In this document: in pieces, positions 4,620-8,797 of the stretch
Numbering within the stretch: the stretch's first letter is position 1
Layout: each line of letters begins with the position of its first letter
Virus record (IMG/VR): IMGVR_UViG_2531839180_000002
Coordinates: 1-8,797 of that record
Origin: a virus
Lineage: Duplodnaviria; Heunggongvirae; Uroviricota; Caudoviricetes
Strand: one strand, 5' to 3'
DNA length: 8,797 nt
Position numbers and translations under genes: made by a program
Notes under the pieces: model-generated
Seen by the model: only the letters and a program-made list of their open reading frames with translations
Database searches by the model: none
What the model was told of the DNA's origin: nothing

Positions 4620-7442
4620 ATGACGGCAGAGTACATCAGGGACTGGCAACAACCGCGCCACGCAGTGGGGCGTGAAGGAACGGGGATCCCCGCTCCTGAA
4701 TCCGCGCTTTCCTCCTGGCTGGATGCCTACCGGGTAGAGAACGAGCGCCGCCAGGAAATGGCTGATGCGGCGTTCTCCGCCACGCCGCTGGGCAACCTGA
4801 TTAATAAAAGCCTGGACGCACAGGAAAAACAGGACAAAACCATCACACTGGCAGGAGACGCCAGAAAACAGGCACGCGGCGCGGTGGATGAAGCCATGGC
4901 CTCGCTGCGCCTGCTGCCGTCCTATCTGCGTGATCCGCTTATTCGCCACCTCTCCTTCCTGCGCAAAAAACAGGAAGCCGATCGCCGGAAAGACAAAAAG
5001 AGCTGGCAGGCTGAACGCTACGCGCGCGGAACCCTGCGCAAAATATTCGAACGTCTGGACCGCACCGACCACCGCTGGCTGACACCGGGTTATCGCTCCC
5101 TTGCAGGACGCGAACGCCTGGATGATTTGCTTTACCTGCCGCAGCTCAACAAGCACCAGATACAGACGCTGGCCACCATGACGGCGGCGATGTTCAGCAG
5201 CACCTTCGAAAAACTCTGCGATGGCTTTGGCGCGACTGATGGCGAGCTGACCATGGATGTAACCCTGAAGGCGTATCAGATGCTGGCCCGCATGGCGTTA
5301 CACCTGCACGCCATGCCTCCGCATTATGACGCACTGACAACAGATAAAGACCGGAGGAACGAACCGGACACGGAGCTGCTGCCGGGCGCAGTCCTTCGCC
5401 TGACCTGTGCGGAATGGTGGAAACGCAAACTGTGGCTGTTACGTTGCGAGTGGAGAGAAGAACAACTCCGCGCCGCCTGTCTGGTTTCCAGAAAAACATC
5501 GCCCTATCTGAGCCAGGACGCATTAAGCGAGTTTCGCGCACAGCGCGAGAAAACACGCGATTTCCTGAAAAGTTTCATGCTGGAAAACGAAGACGGGTTC
5601 ACGATTGATCTCGAGACAGTGTATTACGCGGGAGTAAGTAACCCGGTTCACCGTAAGGCAGAAATGATGGCCACCATGAAGGGTCTGGAACTTCTGGCCG
5701 AAGCCCGTGGCGACAAAGCGGTGTTTCTGACCGTCACCTGCCCGTCAAAATACCACGCCACAACAGAGAACGGTCATCCGAATCTCAAATGGAACGGGGC
5801 CACCATGCGCGACTCCAGCGATTACCTGGTTAACACGTTTTTTGCGGCGGTCCGCAAAAAACTGAACCGCGACGGCCTGCGCTGGTATGGCATCCGCACG
5901 GTGGAGCCTCACCATGACGGCACCGTGCACTGGCACATGATGGTCTTTGCTCATCCGGAAGAAATCGACAGCATCGTGGCCATCACCCGCGATATTGCCA
6001 TTCAGGAAGACCGCCACGAGCTGGGCGATGACATAACTCCGCGTTTTAAGGCGGAGTACGTCGACGGCTCAAAAGGCACGCCAACCAGCTACATCGCCAC
6101 CTACATCGGAAAGAACCTGGACAGCCGCGCCGTGGATGGCATCGACCCGAAAACGGGCAAGCCACGCGTTGACCACGAAACCGGAAAATCAATGGCCGAG
6201 AGTGTGGAACGCGCCATCGGCTGGGCGCGCCTTCACCGGGTCCGCCAGTTCCAGTTCTTTGGCATCCCCTCCCGTCAGGTATGGCGTGAACTCCGCCGCC
6301 TTGCCAGCCAGATGGCACGCAACCCGGAAGGCCCACAACGGCTGAAGGATGATGCAATGGATGCGGTACTCGCTGCCGCTGATGCCGGGTGTTTTGCCAC
6401 CTACATTGAGAAACAGGGCGGCGTACTTGTTCCACGCAAAGACTACCTGATTCGCACCGCTTACGACCTCGCAGATGAGCTGAACGATTACGGCGAACAG
6501 AGCGTACAGATTTACGGGATCTGGTCACCACTCATCGGGGAATCCTCCCGTGTGTGCACGCACCCGGATAACTGGAAGCTGGTAAGACGTAAACCGGAAG
6601 CGGAAGACAGCGCCCGCGAAAATGGTTTTGACCTTCAGGGCGGCCCAGCCGCCCCTTGGACTCGTGGCAATAACTGTCCCCGTGTACAGGAAACGGACAA
6701 CAACGGGACAGAACAGCCGGAAGAACGGCCAGCACCGTGGTCGCAGCTCCCTGACGGCGTTGAAGTGAACGAATGGATGCGCTCACTGAAACGGCACGAA
6801 CGCCGGGCGCTGATGCGTTCGCTTCGTGACAAACAGGCAAAAAACAGCCGTGATGAAATGCAGAGCTGGACACAGAGCCGCAAACAGCAGCGGCCTTTGC
6901 CTGATAACCACGAATTACTCGCTAAAGAATGGCGGGAGTCTGCTGAATCTCTCGGCCTGCATATCGGTGAACAGCAGATGCAGCACCTGTTACGGGGCGG
7001 CAGTCTGTACGTTGACGGCAGCATCATTGCACCGCAGGGATTTGAAATTGTACGCAAGCCGGATACCCGACCGGACAGCCGGATCACGCAGCTCTGGCAG
7101 CGCCTGAGCCGTAACCACGGCGTAAGCAGCACGGAGATCCGCCATAACCCGGTCGCCAGCTATCTGGAACAGCTGGGGGCATCAGACCCCGAAGCCGCCG
7201 CACGCCTGGCATCCACACTTCAGCAAGACCAGAACACCATGAAAACACCCGTTACCGTGCTTTCTGACATGCTGCGCGCCATCCGCGACGCAGAGCACGC
7301 GCAGAGAATCAGTGAAACTGCTGAACGCGCCCGCCGCAAAGCAGACCTGCTGCGGGGTGGCCTGACCAGCGGAAACAAAAAACAGACAGAAACGGGATTC
7401 ACAAATCCCGTAAATGAGCAAAAAACGCGCCGCGATATATGA
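4620..7442 (+). CDS. A: Rolling-circle replication initiator, HUH endonuclease of the P2 gpA / phiX174 gpA family, 940 aa
   Basis: HUH metal-binding motif in EPHHDGTVHWHMMVF (HWH at 5928-5936). Paired catalytic tyrosines plus lysine in SYIATYIGKN (Tyr codons at 6090-6092 and 6102-6104), i.e. the Y-x3-Y-x2-K signature. Sits at the end of the early operon as P2 A does. Long N- and C-terminal regions flank the catalytic core. Confidence 0.9.
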   Translation: MTAEYIRDWQQPRHAVGREGTGIPAPESALSSWLDAYRVENERRQEMADAAFSATPLGNLINKSLDAQEKQDKTITLAGDARKQARGAVDEAMASLRLLPSYLRDPLIRHLSFLRKKQEADRRKDKKSWQAERYARGTLRKIFERLDRTDHRWLTPGYRSLAGRERLDDLLYLPQLNKHQIQTLATMTAAMFSSTFEKLCDGFGATDGELTMDVTLKAYQMLARMALHLHAMPPHYDALTTDKDRRNEPDTELLPGAVLRLTCAEWWKRKLWLLRCEWREEQLRAACLVSRKTSPYLSQDALSEFRAQREKTRDFLKSFMLENEDGFTIDLETVYYAGVSNPVHRKAEMMATMKGLELLAEARGDKAVFLTVTCPSKYHATTENGHPNLKWNGATMRDSSDYLVNTFFAAVRKKLNRDGLRWYGIRTVEPHHDGTVHWHMMVFAHPEEIDSIVAITRDIAIQEDRHELGDDITPRFKAEYVDGSKGTPTSYIATYIGKNLDSRAVDGIDPKTGKPRVDHETGKSMAESVERAIGWARLHRVRQFQFFGIPSRQVWRELRRLASQMARNPEGPQRLKDDAMDAVLAAADAGCFATYIEKQGGVLVPRKDYLIRTAYDLADELNDYGEQSVQIYGIWSPLIGESSRVCTHPDNWKLVRRKPEAEDSARENGFDLQGGPAAPWTRGNNCPRVQETDNNGTEQPEERPAPWSQLPDGVEVNEWMRSLKRHERRALMRSLRDKQAKNSRDEMQSWTQSRKQQRPLPDNHELLAKEWRESAESLGLHIGEQQMQHLLRGGSLYVDGSIIAPQGFEIVRKPDTRPDSRITQLWQRLSRNHGVSSTEIRHNPVASYLEQLGASDPEAAARLASTLQQDQNTMKTPVTVLSDMLRAIRDAEHAQRISETAERARRKADLLRGGLTSGNKKQTETGFTNPVNEQKTRRDI
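7376..7414. repeat. 39-bp repeat copy 1 containing the palindrome ACGGGATT-caca-AATCCCGT; lies inside the 3' end of gene A
   Basis: Matches copy 2 at 32 of 39 positions. Palindrome arms at 7392-7399 and 7404-7411. Confidence 0.55.
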
Positions 7443-7448
7443 AGCGCG

Positions 7449-7487
7449 CACAAAACAGGCAAAAACGGGATTTCAGAATCCCGTAAA
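7449..7487. promoter_or_regulatory. 39-bp repeat copy 2 containing the palindrome ACGGGATT-tcag-AATCCCGT; candidate parC-like centromere/operator overlapping a putative parM promoter
   Basis: Palindrome arms at 7465-7472 and 7477-7484. A possible -35 TTCAGA (7472-7477) and -10 ATTAAT (7494-7499) with 16-bp spacing would place the palindrome over the -35. In the plasmid R1 parMRC system, ParR binds repeats that overlap the par promoter. Confidence 0.45.
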
Positions 7488-7518
7488 CGATTAATTAATC
7501 AACATAAGGAAAAGCGAC

Positions 7519-8478
7519 ATGAAAATTTGTATCGACGACGGCTCCACCAACATCAAGCTGGCATGGACTGAGAACGGCGAACGCCGCAACGCCATCAGCC
7601 CGAACAGCTTCAAGTCGGAATGGTCTGCGCCGTTCGGCGGCACGCAGCCCGCGAACTACATGCTTGATGGCGTGCGCTATGGTTTTGATCCGGTCAGCGA
7701 TCGCTTTGTCCAGACGACCGACACGCAATACCAGTACAGCGATGTGAATGTCATTGCCATTCATCACGCGCTGGTCAAATCAGGCATCACGCCACAGGAG
7801 GTGGATGTGGTTGTCACCCTGCCACTGAGCGAGTATTTCGACACAAACGCACAGCCGGACATGGCCAACATCAACCGCAAAAAAGCGAACGTTATGCGCC
7901 CGGTGGAGTACCAGAACGGCGAAGCATTCACTATCCGTAACGTACGGGTTATGCCTGAATCCATTCCGGCTGGCTTTAAGGCACTGGCTGACATGAGTCC
8001 GTTTGAATCCCTGCTGATTGTGGATTTAGGCGGAACCACGCTGGATGTGGCAAAGGTTCAGGGACAACTGGCAGGCATCAGCCAGGTGTTTTGCGATCCA
8101 CACGTAGGCGTTTCCCTGATGGCCGATGCCGTACTGTCGGTGATGGCCACTAACGGTATGCGTACCAGTCACCATATCGCCAGTACCATTATCGAACATC
8201 GCCACGATGAAGCCTGGTTGCACCAGCACATCCACAATGACGCGCATTACGCCAGCCTGATGGCGGTTATTCGTGAAAAGGAAGAAACACTGAAACAACG
8301 CGTGATCCGCGCGCTGGCGGGTTTTTCGGGTTACGGGCGGGTGATGGTTGTCGGTGGAGGGGCAGAAATTGTGGCACCCGCTATCCGCGAAGCCTGCGGT
8401 GTTAATGCGACTTTCATCGCGGACGGGGTGCCACAGTTTGCTCTGGTTAATGGGCTGTACGCAATGGACAAGGAGTAA
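7519..8478 (+). CDS. parM: Actin-like segregation ATPase ParM/StbA, 319 aa
   Basis: ATG at 7519 with AAGGA 8 nt upstream. Actin-fold signatures are visible: phosphate-1 DDGSTNIKL at the N-terminus, phosphate-2 IVDLGGTTLDV, adenosine motif VVGGGAE. Colinear resemblance to plasmid R1 ParM along the whole length, as I recall that sequence. Confidence 0.9.
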   Translation: MKICIDDGSTNIKLAWTENGERRNAISPNSFKSEWSAPFGGTQPANYMLDGVRYGFDPVSDRFVQTTDTQYQYSDVNVIAIHHALVKSGITPQEVDVVVTLPLSEYFDTNAQPDMANINRKKANVMRPVEYQNGEAFTIRNVRVMPESIPAGFKALADMSPFESLLIVDLGGTTLDVAKVQGQLAGISQVFCDPHVGVSLMADAVLSVMATNGMRTSHHIASTIIEHRHDEAWLHQHIHNDAHYASLMAVIREKEETLKQRVIRALAGFSGYGRVMVVGGGAEIVAPAIREACGVNATFIADGVPQFALVNGLYAMDKE

Positions 8479-8482
8479 ACCA

Positions 8483-8797
8483 ATGAGGTCACCAACCAGA
8501 CGGATAAGTTTCTATCTGAAGCCAGCCGCCGTCAAGAGTGAACAGGAGGCGTGCAATTACCTCGACAACCTGCCAGCCTCGGAACGCAGCCGCGCACAAC
8601 GCGCGGCCTTTCTGGCGGGACTGGCACTCATAAAACGTGCCCCCGCACTGGCGTATTCGCTGGCAGAATGGTCAGAAGACGAAATACGGATGCCATCGCT
8701 GCCAGTGCAGCCTGAAAAACAGGCGCAACCAGCAACAGCCAGCGCCACCCCTATGCAGCAGGTGAAAAAGAATATTCAGGCGTTTTTTCCAGAATAA
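8483..8797 (+). CDS. parR: Partition adaptor ParR/StbB (ribbon-helix-helix centromere-binding protein), 104 aa
   Basis: ATG at 8483, 4 nt after the parM stop, with AGGAG (8471-8475). N-terminal region RRISFYLKPAAV...LPASERSRAQRAAFLAGLAL parallels R1 ParR (TIAFKLNPDV...IPQGERSRLNRAALTAGLAL). Ends with TAA at the last base of the window; the track ORF starts upstream at 8348 inside parM. Confidence 0.85.
   Translation: MRSPTRRISFYLKPAAVKSEQEACNYLDNLPASERSRAQRAAFLAGLALIKRAPALAYSLAEWSEDEIRMPSLPVQPEKQAQPATASATPMQQVKKNIQAFFPE

Noticed and set aside
4095-5156. 353-aa minus-strand ORF, plus other long minus-strand ORFs at 5194-5556, 5745-6017, 6046-6531, 6532-6873, 6635-7132 and 7182-7462
   Set aside because: All are antisense to the replication initiator gene, whose frame is supported by HUH and catalytic tyrosine motifs. 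Their translations are Arg/Cys/Ser/Pro-rich and low-complexity, typical of open antisense frames in GC-rich coding DNA.
1-8797. CRISPR array, rRNA, canonical tRNA, insertion sequence or transposase, recognisable defence system
   Set aside because: None found. No regularly spaced repeat-spacer array, no transposase-like ORF or terminal inverted repeats, and no ORF with recognisable nuclease, helicase, methyltransferase or other defence-type motifs apart from the replication initiator.

Overview
This window looks like the lysogeny-control and replication region of a P2-family temperate phage or prophage, reading 5'->3': a leftward tyrosine integrase (1-990) and C-type immunity repressor (1057-1359), then a divergent rightward early operon. 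That operon holds a Cox-like protein, about nine small ORFs of unknown function (several with overlapping ATGA stop/start junctions), and a 940-aa HUH rolling-circle initiator of the P2 gpA / phiX174 gpA type (4620-7442). Directly downstream is a ParM/ParR actin-type partition pair (7519-8797), preceded by two diverged 39-bp direct repeats that each carry an 8-bp-arm palindrome. Points worth a second look: (i) a partition module in an integrase-bearing P2-like element, at the position where P2 carries its variable cargo; (ii) a 320-bp GC-rich non-coding gap (3623-3944) inside the early operon, with a terminator-like hairpin, a cUUCGg tetraloop hairpin and a 14-bp helix that only pairs fully on the plus-strand transcript, all flanked by a diverged direct duplication; (iii) the unassigned small ORFs. 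No recognisable defence system, CRISPR array, rRNA or tRNA is visible. All homology statements rest on motif and sequence recognition from memory, not on a database search.
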